From the NCBI GenBank assembly GCA_949291295.1, contig CASEVE010000006.1:1385-65384 (forward strand): a stretch of DNA of 64,000 nt, read 5' to 3'. The stretch's first letter is position 1, and each line of letters starts with the position of its first letter. The translations under genes and the position numbers were made by a program. The stretch is from an uncultured Olsenella sp. GTDB taxonomy: Bacteria; Actinomycetota; Coriobacteriia; Coriobacteriales; Atopobiaceae. The notes below the pieces were generated by a model. The model was not told where the DNA came from, did no database searches, and was given only the letters and a program-made list of their open reading frames with translations. Positions 20,496-28,633 of this stretch are shown here, piece by piece.

Positions 20496-20571
20496 GGGGA
20501 TATAGCTCAGTTGGGAGAGCGCGTGACTGGCAGTCACGAGGTCAGGGGTTCGAACCCCCTTATCTCCACCA
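20496..20571 (+). tRNA. tRNA-Ala(GGC), copy 2
   Basis: 76/76 identical to the reverse complement of 14323-14398. Confidence 0.98.
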
Positions 20572-20581
20572 CGCTAGACTC

Positions 20582-20608
20582 GGCGGCGGCCTCGGTCGCC
20601 GCCTTTTT
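20582..20608 (+). terminator. Rho-independent terminator after tRNA-Val/tRNA-Ala
   Basis: GGCGGCGGC-CTCG-GTCGCCGCC-TTTTT. Confidence 0.85.
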
Positions 20609-20614
20609 CATTAC

Positions 20615-20690
20615 GGGCTCTTGGCGCAACGGTTAGCGCAGGGGACTCATAATCCCTGGGTTGGGGGTTCGAATCCCTCAGGGCCCACCA
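20615..20690 (+). tRNA. tRNA with CAT anticodon (probably tRNA-Ile2, lysidine type; elongator Met not excluded)
   Basis: 76-nt cloverleaf, loop CTCATAA; G1-C72 paired so not initiator; acceptor GGGCTCT resembles Ile2 tRNAs. Confidence 0.9.
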
Positions 20691-20698
20691 AAATCGTC

Positions 20699-20735
20699 AG
20701 CTCAGAGGCAATTTATGCCTCTGAGCTTTTTCTTT
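20699..20735 (+). terminator. Rho-independent terminator after tRNA-CAT
   Basis: AGCTCAGAGGCA-ATTTA-TGCCTCTGAGCT-TTTTCTTT. Confidence 0.9.
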
Positions 20736-20750
20736 AACGCTGCTAAGTCA

Positions 20751-20876
20751 AGCCGGCACTCATGAGTGCCGGCACAAAGAGCCGATCAGGGCAAGAAGTG
20801 CAGGGTTCTTCTCGCTCAATGCCGAGAAGTGCCGGCTGAGACCACATGGCTAGCCGGCACTCAAGAAGTGCCGGCA
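20751..20876. repeat. Cluster of GCCGGCACT/AGTGCCGGC palindromic repeats (REP-like)
   Basis: Perfect 22-bp palindrome 20752-20773; near-copy 20853-20875; extra half-site 20828-20836. Confidence 0.75.
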
Positions 20877-20891
20877 CGCACGGCGGAGGCG

Positions 20892-21917
20892 CTAATCCCA
20901 GAGCATGTCACGTGTGACGTCTGCCACCGTGGCCGCACCGCACATCTCCATGGCCTCCGCAAGCTCAAAGCGAAGCTGCGCAAGATATGCGCGCACGCCG
21001 TCCTCTCCCCCGCCAAAGGCAGCCACCACAAAGGGCCGACACACCAGACACGCGCGGGCACCCACGGCAAGCGCGCGGAAGACGTCGAGCCCGCTTCTCA
21101 CCCCTCCGTCCACAAGAACCTCGACGCTCTTGCCAACAGCATCAACTATGTCTGGGAGGACGGCTGCCGTGGCCGGAGTGCCGTCCAAGACGCGACCCCC
21201 GTGGTTGGAGACAACGATGGCGTCAACGCCCGCCTCGACGGCTCTCAGCGCCGCTCGTGGCGTCATGACGCCCTTGAGCACAAAGGGTGTTCCCGACTCG
21301 TGACAGCGAGCCGCAACCTCGGCAATCTGGGCGGCGGACTTTGCCCCTGCAGGCGGCTCCTGTCCGCGCAGAAACGGAAGGCCTGCGGCGTCAATGTCCA
21401 TCGCAACCGCAACGGGACGTGCCCCCAGGGCCTGCTCGAGCTTCTCGCTGAGGGTTGCGGGGTCCCACGGCTTCACCGTCGGGACGCCCGAGCCTCCCAG
21501 CCCACCGATAAGGTCACACGCCTCGGTCATGATTGAGGCGTCGAGACCGTCTCCCGTCCAGGCGAGCGTGCCCTCCCCCGCCGCAGCCGTGAGGACGCAG
21601 CGGTTGTAGGAGACCGTGTCGTACGCGTCTCCGTAGTGACGCTGGACGTCACCCACAGGACCAATCATCAAGGGCACGGAAAGCTCCTGGCCCAACACGC
21701 GGGCACGCGTGTCCGCCGAGAAGAACTCGTGCAGGGTATCCATGTTCACGGACAGCCCCTGCCAGGCCCGCCAGTTCTTCTCGGCAACGCGTCCCACGCC
21801 CTTATCACCGGGTCCGGGCATCACGCCCGCGCACGCGCGCCCGTTGCAGACGGGGCACGCGCGGCAGTAGGGCCCGATGTTTCCGCGAGCAGCAGCGGCA
21901 AGATTGGCATAGCTCAT
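20892..21917 (-). CDS. FMN-dependent alpha-hydroxy-acid dehydrogenase/oxidase family protein
   Basis: PTVKPW, FVLKGVM, VVSNHGGRVLDG, DGGVRSGLDV; N-terminal CRACPVCNGRAC. Confidence 0.9.
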   Translation of the reverse strand: MSYANLAAAARGNIGPYCRACPVCNGRACAGVMPGPGDKGVGRVAEKNWRAWQGLSVNMDTLHEFFSADTRARVLGQELSVPLMIGPVGDVQRHYGDAYDTVSYNRCVLTAAAGEGTLAWTGDGLDASIMTEACDLIGGLGGSGVPTVKPWDPATLSEKLEQALGARPVAVAMDIDAAGLPFLRGQEPPAGAKSAAQIAEVAARCHESGTPFVLKGVMTPRAALRAVEAGVDAIVVSNHGGRVLDGTPATAAVLPDIVDAVGKSVEVLVDGGVRSGLDVFRALAVGARACLVCRPFVVAAFGGGEDGVRAYLAQLRFELAEAMEMCGAATVADVTRDMLWD

Positions 21918-21939
21918 AAGACTTCCTCTCGATAGAAAG

Positions 21940-21966
21940 GTGCCCCGGCAAGAAGCACCGGGGCAC
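21940..21966 (-). terminator. Terminator after proS
   Basis: GTGCCCCGG...CCGGGGCAC 9-bp stem followed by CTTTCT. Confidence 0.65.
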
Positions 21967-21975
21967 AGAGTCAAA

Positions 21976-23691
21976 CTAGGCGCGAGCGGGGACGACGCGC
22001 TCGGTAAGCCAGGAGACGAGCTCGTCCATGGGAACGTCGAAGCGCTCGCCAGTCTCGCGGACCTTGACCTCGGCCATGCCGTTTGCCACGCCGCGCTTGC
22101 CCAGGATCACCTGGTACGGGATGCCAATGAGGTCGGCGTCAGCAAACTTGACGCCCGGGCGCTCCTTGCGGTCGTCGAGAAGGACCTCGAGGTCGGCGGC
22201 GCTAAGCTCGTCCACGATCTTCTCCGCAACCGGCGTGACAACGTCGTCGTTCACCGCAAGCGGCACGACCTCGACCTCGTAGGGCGCCACGCAGACGGGC
22301 CATGAGATGCCGTGCTCGTCGTTGTGCTGCTCCACGACGGCGGCCAGCGTGCGGGAGACGCCGATGCCGTAGCAGCCCATGAGGAAGGGGCGCTCCACGC
22401 CGTCCTCATCCGCAAAGGTGGCGCCCATGGCCTCTGAGTACTTGGTACCGAGCTGGAAAACCTGGGAGATCTCGATGCCGCGAGCGCTCTTGAGAGCAGC
22501 TCCGCAGTGCGGGCAGGGGTCGCCCTCCTTCACGCTCACGAGGTCGGCCCACTCGTCGACCTCGAAGTCGCGCCCGGGCTTGGCGCCCGTGAAGTGGTAG
22601 TCCACCTCGTTGGCACCGCAAGTCCAGCTCTGGCTCTCGCGCAGGGACTCATCGCAGACCAGACGGATACCCTCGGGCAGGCCCACGGGGCCGATGAAGC
22701 CCTTGTGCAGACCCGCAAGCTCGAGCTCCTCGTCGGTCATGAGATGGTAGGCACCGAAGAGCTTGCCCGCCTTGATCTCGTTGAGCTCATGGTCACCGGG
22801 AACGATGGCAACGACGTTTGTGCCGTCCTCGGCCACGAGCGCGAGCGACTTTCGGGTACCGTTCTCGGGGAAGCCGAAGAACTCTGCCACGGCCTCGATG
22901 GAGCCAAGGCCAGGGGTGTGGACCTTCTCGAGCGTGCCGTCCCCGGGGCCCTCGGTCACGGGCACCTTAGTGGCAGCAGCCTCGACGTCGGCGGCAAAGC
23001 CACAGTCGCAGTAGACGAGCTCGGCCTCGCCGGAGTCGGCGAGCGCCATGAACTCCACGGAGGTGTCGCCGCCGATCTGGCCGGAGTCGGCCACGACGGG
23101 CAGCGCATAGATGCCGCAGCGCTCGGCGATGCGCGCATAGGCGGCCTTCTCCTGCTCGTAGCACTCCTGCAGCGACTCCTGCGTTGCGGAGAAGCTGTAG
23201 GCGTCCTTCATGATGAACTCGCGGCCGCGCATGAGGCCAAAGCGCGGGCGCATCTCGTCGCGGAACTTGTCCTGGATCTGGTAGAGCGTGCACGGGAGCT
23301 GCTTATAGGAGCGCAGCTCGTTCTTCACGAGGTCCGTGAAGGTCTCCTCGTGCGTGGGGCCCAGGGCAAACTCGCGGCCATGACGGTCGGCGATGCGCAT
23401 GAGCTCGGGGCCATAGGCGTCCCAGCGTCCGGACTCGTGCCAGAGCTCTGCGGGCGTGAGGATGGGGACCATCATCTCCTGGGCGCCGATGGCCTCCATC
23501 TCGTCGCGGATGACGGCCTCGATCTTGGCGATAGAGCGCCAGGCAAGCGGCAGGTAGCTGTAGAGGCCGGCAGCGGTCTTGCGGATCATGCCGGCGCGCA
23601 GGAGCAGCCGATGGCTCGCGAGCTCCGCCTCGGCAGGGTCCTCCTTGAGCGTGGGCGCGTACAGCGCGGACATCTTCTGATAACGCTTCAC
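21976..23691 (-). CDS. proS: Proline--tRNA ligase (with editing insertion domain)
   Basis: SHRLLLRAGMIR, LGPTHEE, KFRDEMRPRFGLMRGREFIMKDAYSF, GIEISQVFQLGTKYS, GCYGIGVSR; GTG start with GAAGGGA SD; TAGAAT at 23728-23733. Confidence 0.97.
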   Translation of the reverse strand: MKRYQKMSALYAPTLKEDPAEAELASHRLLLRAGMIRKTAAGLYSYLPLAWRSIAKIEAVIRDEMEAIGAQEMMVPILTPAELWHESGRWDAYGPELMRIADRHGREFALGPTHEETFTDLVKNELRSYKQLPCTLYQIQDKFRDEMRPRFGLMRGREFIMKDAYSFSATQESLQECYEQEKAAYARIAERCGIYALPVVADSGQIGGDTSVEFMALADSGEAELVYCDCGFAADVEAAATKVPVTEGPGDGTLEKVHTPGLGSIEAVAEFFGFPENGTRKSLALVAEDGTNVVAIVPGDHELNEIKAGKLFGAYHLMTDEELELAGLHKGFIGPVGLPEGIRLVCDESLRESQSWTCGANEVDYHFTGAKPGRDFEVDEWADLVSVKEGDPCPHCGAALKSARGIEISQVFQLGTKYSEAMGATFADEDGVERPFLMGCYGIGVSRTLAAVVEQHNDEHGISWPVCVAPYEVEVVPLAVNDDVVTPVAEKIVDELSAADLEVLLDDRKERPGVKFADADLIGIPYQVILGKRGVANGMAEVKVRETGERFDVPMDELVSWLTERVVPARA

Positions 23692-23776
23692 GTGCGTATC
23701 CCTTCTGTTCAGCATGCAACGCCCATGATTCTACGACAAAGGGCCGAGAAGAACGGTCGAGGTCCCAACTCAACCT

Positions 23777-24016
23777 CCGCCTCCCCGGAGGGGCTGACCT
23801 CCGGCGCTCAGACAGCTTGGCGCAGGGGACGCGCCAAGAACTCGCGGCGGAGGTCAGCCCCTCCGGGGAGGCGGCCAGGACGTCACGCCGTCGATGCATG
23901 CTACATAGTTGACGTAGGCCCCGCGGCGGCCGCATATGTCCCGCTGCGAGGTCGTGCCGAGCGGCCATCTCGGCCAGCTGTCTGAGCGCCGGGGCATATG
24001 CGGCCGCCGCGGGGCC
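23777..24016. repeat. Pair of related long hairpin elements in inverted orientation (27-bp and 22-bp perfect arms) sharing a conserved core
   Basis: Arms 23777-23803/23848-23874 and 23917-23938/23995-24016; shared 17-mer at 23801-23817 (+) and 23976-23992 (-). Confidence 0.9.
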
Positions 24017-24023
24017 GGACGAC

Positions 24024-25100
24024 CTAGGTGAAGCGTCGCTCGATCTCGGCGAAGAGCTCGTCGACGGCGTCCGCCTCGTCAACGGTGCGAATCTTCTCGC
24101 CAGACGCGAAGAGCACGGCCTTGCCGCGGCCGCCCGCAAGCCCGATGTCGGCGCCCTTGGCCTCGCCGGGGCCGTTCACAACGCAGCCCATGACGGCAAC
24201 TGTGATGGGGGCGCGCACGGCGGCAAGGCGTCGCTCGACCTCGGAGGCCACGCCCATGAGGTCCCACTGGCAGCGCCCGCAGGTAGGGCAGCTCACGAGC
24301 TCGGGACGCAGACGCCTGAGACCCACGGCCGAAAGAAGGTCCCAGGCAACGTTGACCTCCTCCACGGGGTCTGCCGTGAGGGAAAGGCGAATCGTGTCGC
24401 CGATGCCCTCCATGAGCAGGGCGCCCACGGCAGCGGCGTTCTTGACGGTCCCCTGTCGCAGGGTTCCCGCCTCGGTCACGCCAATGTGCAGCGGGACATC
24501 CGGCAGCTCACGGGAGAGGGCGCGGTTCACCTCCACGGTCGTGGGAACACCGTGGGCCTTCGCCGAGAGGACAATGTCAGCAAAGCCGCGCTCGAGGAAG
24601 TGCTCGACGAAAGAGGTTGCAGACCCCACGAGCTTCTCAACGTGCGTGAGGTCCTCGCGACCTGCGAAGGCAGGGTCCAGCGAGCCGGCGTTGACGCCAA
24701 TCCGGATGGGGGTGCCCGCCGCACCGGCCTCGTCGATGACGGCGTCCACACGCTCCCAGCTGCCAATGTTGCCGGGGTTCACGCGCAGGGCGGAGGCGCC
24801 ACGGCGACAGGCCTCGATGGCAAGGTTGTGGTCAAAGTGGATGTCGGCGACAACGGGCAGGGGCGATGAGGCACAGATCTCCCCAAAGCCCTCGAGCGCC
24901 GCAGCGGACGGGATGGCAACGCGAATAATCTCGCAGCCGGCATCCGCAAGACGGGAGATCTGCGCAAGCGTGGCAGCCGCGTCTGCGGTATCCGTGGTGC
25001 ACATGGACTGCACGGAAACGGGGGCTCCCCCGCCAACCGGGACGGACCCAACCATGACCTGGTGCGTACGTGACCTGGGTGCGGCGACCTTCTCTGCCAT
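24024..25100 (-). CDS. ispG: (E)-4-hydroxy-3-methylbut-2-enyl-diphosphate synthase
   Basis: [59 protein letters not shown]. Confidence 0.97.
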   Translation of the reverse strand: MAEKVAAPRSRTHQVMVGSVPVGGGAPVSVQSMCTTDTADAAATLAQISRLADAGCEIIRVAIPSAAALEGFGEICASSPLPVVADIHFDHNLAIEACRRGASALRVNPGNIGSWERVDAVIDEAGAAGTPIRIGVNAGSLDPAFAGREDLTHVEKLVGSATSFVEHFLERGFADIVLSAKAHGVPTTVEVNRALSRELPDVPLHIGVTEAGTLRQGTVKNAAAVGALLMEGIGDTIRLSLTADPVEEVNVAWDLLSAVGLRRLRPELVSCPTCGRCQWDLMGVASEVERRLAAVRAPITVAVMGCVVNGPGEAKGADIGLAGGRGKAVLFASGEKIRTVDEADAVDELFAEIERRFT

Positions 25101-25107
25101 GACTCAC

Positions 25108-26496
25108 CTATCCAATCAAAAAGCGGAAGATGTCATTTTTCAGCACAACGACAAACACGAAGATCATGAATCCCACGCCGAGGTAGCTCAGCGCGCTCTG
25201 GGCACGCATGGAGAGCGGACGCCTGATGATGAGCTGGATGATCTCGATGAGAATCTTTCCGCCGTCGAAGGGCGGGATGGGAAGAAGGTTCATGAAGCCG
25301 AGGGACATGGAGATGGCAGCCGCAAACATCATGAGGTTGTAGAGACCCGTCGACGCGGCCTCGGCAGCCATGGCGGAGATGCCCACAATTGAGGAGGACT
25401 GGTCGAGAATCTCCATCGTGCGTGTGGGAACGAGCAGCTGGGCCACATAGCTCGCCACCTGACCCGTATAGTCGAGGGTCGCCTGGGCGGCCTCCAGAAA
25501 ACCGGGATGATAGGTCTGACGCGGCTGTGAGGAGATGCCCAGAGCCTCGACCTTCTCGCCGTCGGGAAGGTCGACGGTCGTCGTAAAGGTAGCGCCGTCA
25601 CGCTCGTAGACGATCTGGAAGTCCTCTTCGGACTCAAGGAGCGGCTGCAACGCCAGAACAATGTCGTCCCAGGTGTCAACATCCGTATCGCCGATGGCGA
25701 CGATCGTGTCCCCGCCCTCGAGGCCCGACTCCTGGGCAATGCTTCCCTCCTCGACGCCCCCGAGGGTGTTCACATTGGGAATGTAGTCGACGCCGCGGAC
25801 CATGAACGCAAAGGTCACAATAAGGAAGGCGAGGACGATGTTGACGAGCGGGCCGGCCGCGAGCATCGCGACGCGCTTGGGGAAGCTGGCCCCAAGGTAC
25901 GTGCGAGAGCGCTCATGGGCGAGAAACTCGTCGGCGCTCATACCCGTCTCGTGCGGCTCACCTGCTGCCGTGGTACCGGGAAGCGAGAAGTCGTGCCCCC
26001 GGTCGTACTCTGTGAGGTGATTGGGGTCGCGCTCCAGCGTCTCGAAGGAGGACGGATAGTTCTTCTGGCTGGGCGTCTCGCCAAGCTCTGGATCGTAGTA
26101 GGGACGAATCGCCGCCCAGTCGCACAGCGAGACGAGAAGCCCATAGGCATGGTCGACGTCTATTCCGAGCTCGCTCGCAACGTCTGTGACCGGAATGCGC
26201 CCCCGCCTCATCACAAGCTGAAGCGCAGGGGCCAGAAGCTCGTCAGAGACCGGCTCCATTCCGCAGATCTGCGTGTAGCCGCCCAGAAGGAAGGGCGTGA
26301 CGCCAAACTCGGTGCCAACCTTCTTGCTCTTACGCGAGATCTTCCAACGGCTCGGAAGCCCCAGGAAAAACTCGGTCGCGCGAACGTGAAAGGCACGCGA
26401 TGCGAGGTAGTGCCCGCCCTCATGGACAAACACAAGGACGGAGAGGATAAGAACTCCCCAAAAGACGGCAGAGACAACGGAAATGACGGTACTCAA
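25108..26496 (-). CDS. rseP: RIP metalloprotease RseP (M50, PDZ) with lineage-specific insertion
   Basis: HEGGH, EFFLG, LLGGY, AAGPLVN, PDZ region, FMNLLPIPPFDGG; TTG start with GGAGG SD. Confidence 0.92.
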   Translation of the reverse strand: MSTVISVVSAVFWGVLILSVLVFVHEGGHYLASRAFHVRATEFFLGLPSRWKISRKSKKVGTEFGVTPFLLGGYTQICGMEPVSDELLAPALQLVMRRGRIPVTDVASELGIDVDHAYGLLVSLCDWAAIRPYYDPELGETPSQKNYPSSFETLERDPNHLTEYDRGHDFSLPGTTAAGEPHETGMSADEFLAHERSRTYLGASFPKRVAMLAAGPLVNIVLAFLIVTFAFMVRGVDYIPNVNTLGGVEEGSIAQESGLEGGDTIVAIGDTDVDTWDDIVLALQPLLESEEDFQIVYERDGATFTTTVDLPDGEKVEALGISSQPRQTYHPGFLEAAQATLDYTGQVASYVAQLLVPTRTMEILDQSSSIVGISAMAAEAASTGLYNLMMFAAAISMSLGFMNLLPIPPFDGGKILIEIIQLIIRRPLSMRAQSALSYLGVGFMIFVFVVVLKNDIFRFLIG

Positions 26497-27689
26497 CGGG
26501 TGACCTCCGAGAGAAGGGAGCGGGCACGGGCGCGGGAACGAGCGTCGCACTCGTCCAGCTGCTCTAGGCTCTCTACCCGCTCAACGCGGGCCTCATCCAT
26601 GGTGAGCGATACGACCCGCTCGATGTCAAGAAAACCACAGAGGCCGCGGCGAAACGCCTCGTTTGCAACTTCGTTTGCGGCGTTCATGACACAGGGCAGC
26701 GTTCCGCCAACTCGGCCGGCCTCGCGGGCAAGGGCGAGGCAGCCAAAGGCCTGCTCATCCGCCTCGCCAAAGGTAAAGGGATCCTCGGCGCACCAGTCGA
26801 CTCGCGTTGCCGTTGCCTCCCAGCGATCGGGATAGCTCAGGGCATACTGGATGGGGGCCCTCATGTCCGAGCTCCCGAGCTGTGCCTTCACAACGCCGTC
26901 GACAAACTCGACCATCGAGTGAATCTTGCTCTGGCGATGGACGAGAACGCGAATGGCGTCGATGGGCTGCTGGAAGAGGTGGTGCGCCTCGATGACCTCG
27001 AGGCCCTTGTTCATGAGCGTTGAGCAGTCGACGGTAATCTTCTCGCCCATCGTCCAGGTGGGATGGGCGAGTGCATCAGCGGCACTCATGTGAGAGAGCT
27101 CCTCGCGGCCCATGCCGTAAAAGGGACCACCGGAACAGGTGAGCCAGATGCGGGAGACACTCTGTGCGCTCTCCCCTACCAGGCACTGAAAGATGGCGCT
27201 GTGCTCGGAGTCAACGGGAAGAAGGGAGCCCGGGCGGACCAGAGGCATCATGAGCTCGCCACCCACGACGATGGACTCCTTGTTGGCGTAGGCGAGCTTC
27301 TTGCCGGCCCTGAGTGCCGCAAACCCGGCATGGATGCCCGAGAAGCCAACGAGGGCGTTAACGACAACGTCAACCTCGGGCAAGGTGGCTAGACGAGTCA
27401 GGGACTCAGGGCCAGAGGCGAGCTCGCAGCCAGCGGGAAGCTCCTCAAGGAGAGGGTCTTTGGCCGCGGAGGCGTCGGCAACGCACACGTGGGCAACGCC
27501 AAACTCGCGCGCCGCCGAGACGAGCGACGAGACGGAGCTATGAACGGAGAGCGCGACGACCTCGATCTTGTCGGCGTGTCGTCTGCAGACGTCAAGGGTC
27601 TGCGTGCCGATGGAGCCGGAGCAGCCCAAGACTGCCACGCGGATGGACGGACGCCTTCCGTCACCCACGGGAGAACCCATGGAACCCAT
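26493..27689 (-). CDS. dxr: 1-deoxy-D-xylulose-5-phosphate reductoisomerase
   Basis: LGCSGSIG, ANKESIV, PVDSEHSA, HPTWTMGEKITVD, NKGLEVIEA, NAANEVAN. Confidence 0.97.
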   Translation of the reverse strand: MGSMGSPVGDGRRPSIRVAVLGCSGSIGTQTLDVCRRHADKIEVVALSVHSSVSSLVSAAREFGVAHVCVADASAAKDPLLEELPAGCELASGPESLTRLATLPEVDVVVNALVGFSGIHAGFAALRAGKKLAYANKESIVVGGELMMPLVRPGSLLPVDSEHSAIFQCLVGESAQSVSRIWLTCSGGPFYGMGREELSHMSAADALAHPTWTMGEKITVDCSTLMNKGLEVIEAHHLFQQPIDAIRVLVHRQSKIHSMVEFVDGVVKAQLGSSDMRAPIQYALSYPDRWEATATRVDWCAEDPFTFGEADEQAFGCLALAREAGRVGGTLPCVMNAANEVANEAFRRGLCGFLDIERVVSLTMDEARVERVESLEQLDECDARSRARARSLLSEVTR

Positions 27690-28633
27690 CACAGAATACC
27701 CCCAAAGAGCAGCAGGAAGTAGGCGGCCATGCCGCCAAAGAGCATCGAGTCGCTTCGGTCGAGCAGACCACCGTGTCCTGGAATGAGATTTCCGGAATCC
27801 TTGACGCCAACGCCTCGCTTGAGACGCGACTCGAAGAGGTCGCCGATGACCGCAGCAAGGCCCACCACGACGCCGCAAGCAATCGACAGGGGGACGTCCA
27901 GGGTCGGAACGAGAAACACCGCCATGACCACCCACACGATGACCGAGCCGACGATGCCCCCAAAGAAGCCCTCGACGCTCTTGCTCGGAGATATTCGGGG
28001 GGCGAGCTTGTGAGAGCCGATGGCAGAGCCCACAAAGTAGGCCATGGCATCGTTGCCCCAGATGGAGAACATGATGGCAAGGGTGATCAGGGCGCCGGTG
28101 ACACCCGCGTCATGGGAGCGGACAAGAACGATGCTCGAGAATGCGAGCGACGTGTAGAGAGGCCCAAACGCAGTGACGGCAACGTCGGCAACATTTGCCC
28201 GAGGCGTGAACACATACCAGCAGGCGCAGGCCATGAGCAGCACGAAAATCACGAGCGTAAGGGCGAGAAGCCCTCCCCACCAAGCCGCAGACGGGAAGAA
28301 GAGCGCCGCAGCCAGGCCGATGGTCTCGTTGGGCATGCGCCCACCCATGCGGCAGATGCGAAAGAACTCGGAGCAGCAGAGCCACGCCTCGGCCGCAATG
28401 AGCACCGTTGTGGTGATCGGACCAACAAAGAGGCACACGAGCGTGAGAATGGCGTAGATGGCGCCAGACGTCGTCCTCGTGAGCAGCTTCTCCGCGGAAC
28501 TTCTCGCCTTCTGACCCTTGAGGTCGCCTGCCGCGCGCGCGTCCTCCTTGGAGGCGCGTCGACCCTCGAGAAAGTCAATCTGACGCTCGAGTCCGGTGCC
28601 CTCGCGCCGCCTCTCGCCTGAGCGCTTGGTCAT
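27689..28633 (-). CDS. cdsA: Phosphatidate cytidylyltransferase
   Basis: Multi-TM; NDAMAYFVG, ISPSKSVEG, GDLFESRLKRGVGVKDSG, PGHGGLLDRSDS. Confidence 0.95.
   Translation of the reverse strand: MTKRSGERRREGTGLERQIDFLEGRRASKEDARAAGDLKGQKARSSAEKLLTRTTSGAIYAILTLVCLFVGPITTTVLIAAEAWLCCSEFFRICRMGGRMPNETIGLAAALFFPSAAWWGGLLALTLVIFVLLMACACWYVFTPRANVADVAVTAFGPLYTSLAFSSIVLVRSHDAGVTGALITLAIMFSIWGNDAMAYFVGSAIGSHKLAPRISPSKSVEGFFGGIVGSVIVWVVMAVFLVPTLDVPLSIACGVVVGLAAVIGDLFESRLKRGVGVKDSGNLIPGHGGLLDRSDSMLFGGMAAYFLLLFGGIL

Noticed and set aside
14323-20571. Classical tRNA-integrated genomic island
   Set aside because: The repeat is inverted and full length rather than a direct 3' fragment, and there is no integrase. 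Kept only as an inversion or duplication observation.
23692-24023. T-box riboswitch upstream of proS
   Set aside because: No T-box GGTGGNACCGCG or specifier stem, and a -10 lies about 35 nt from the start codon. The hairpins are reported separately.
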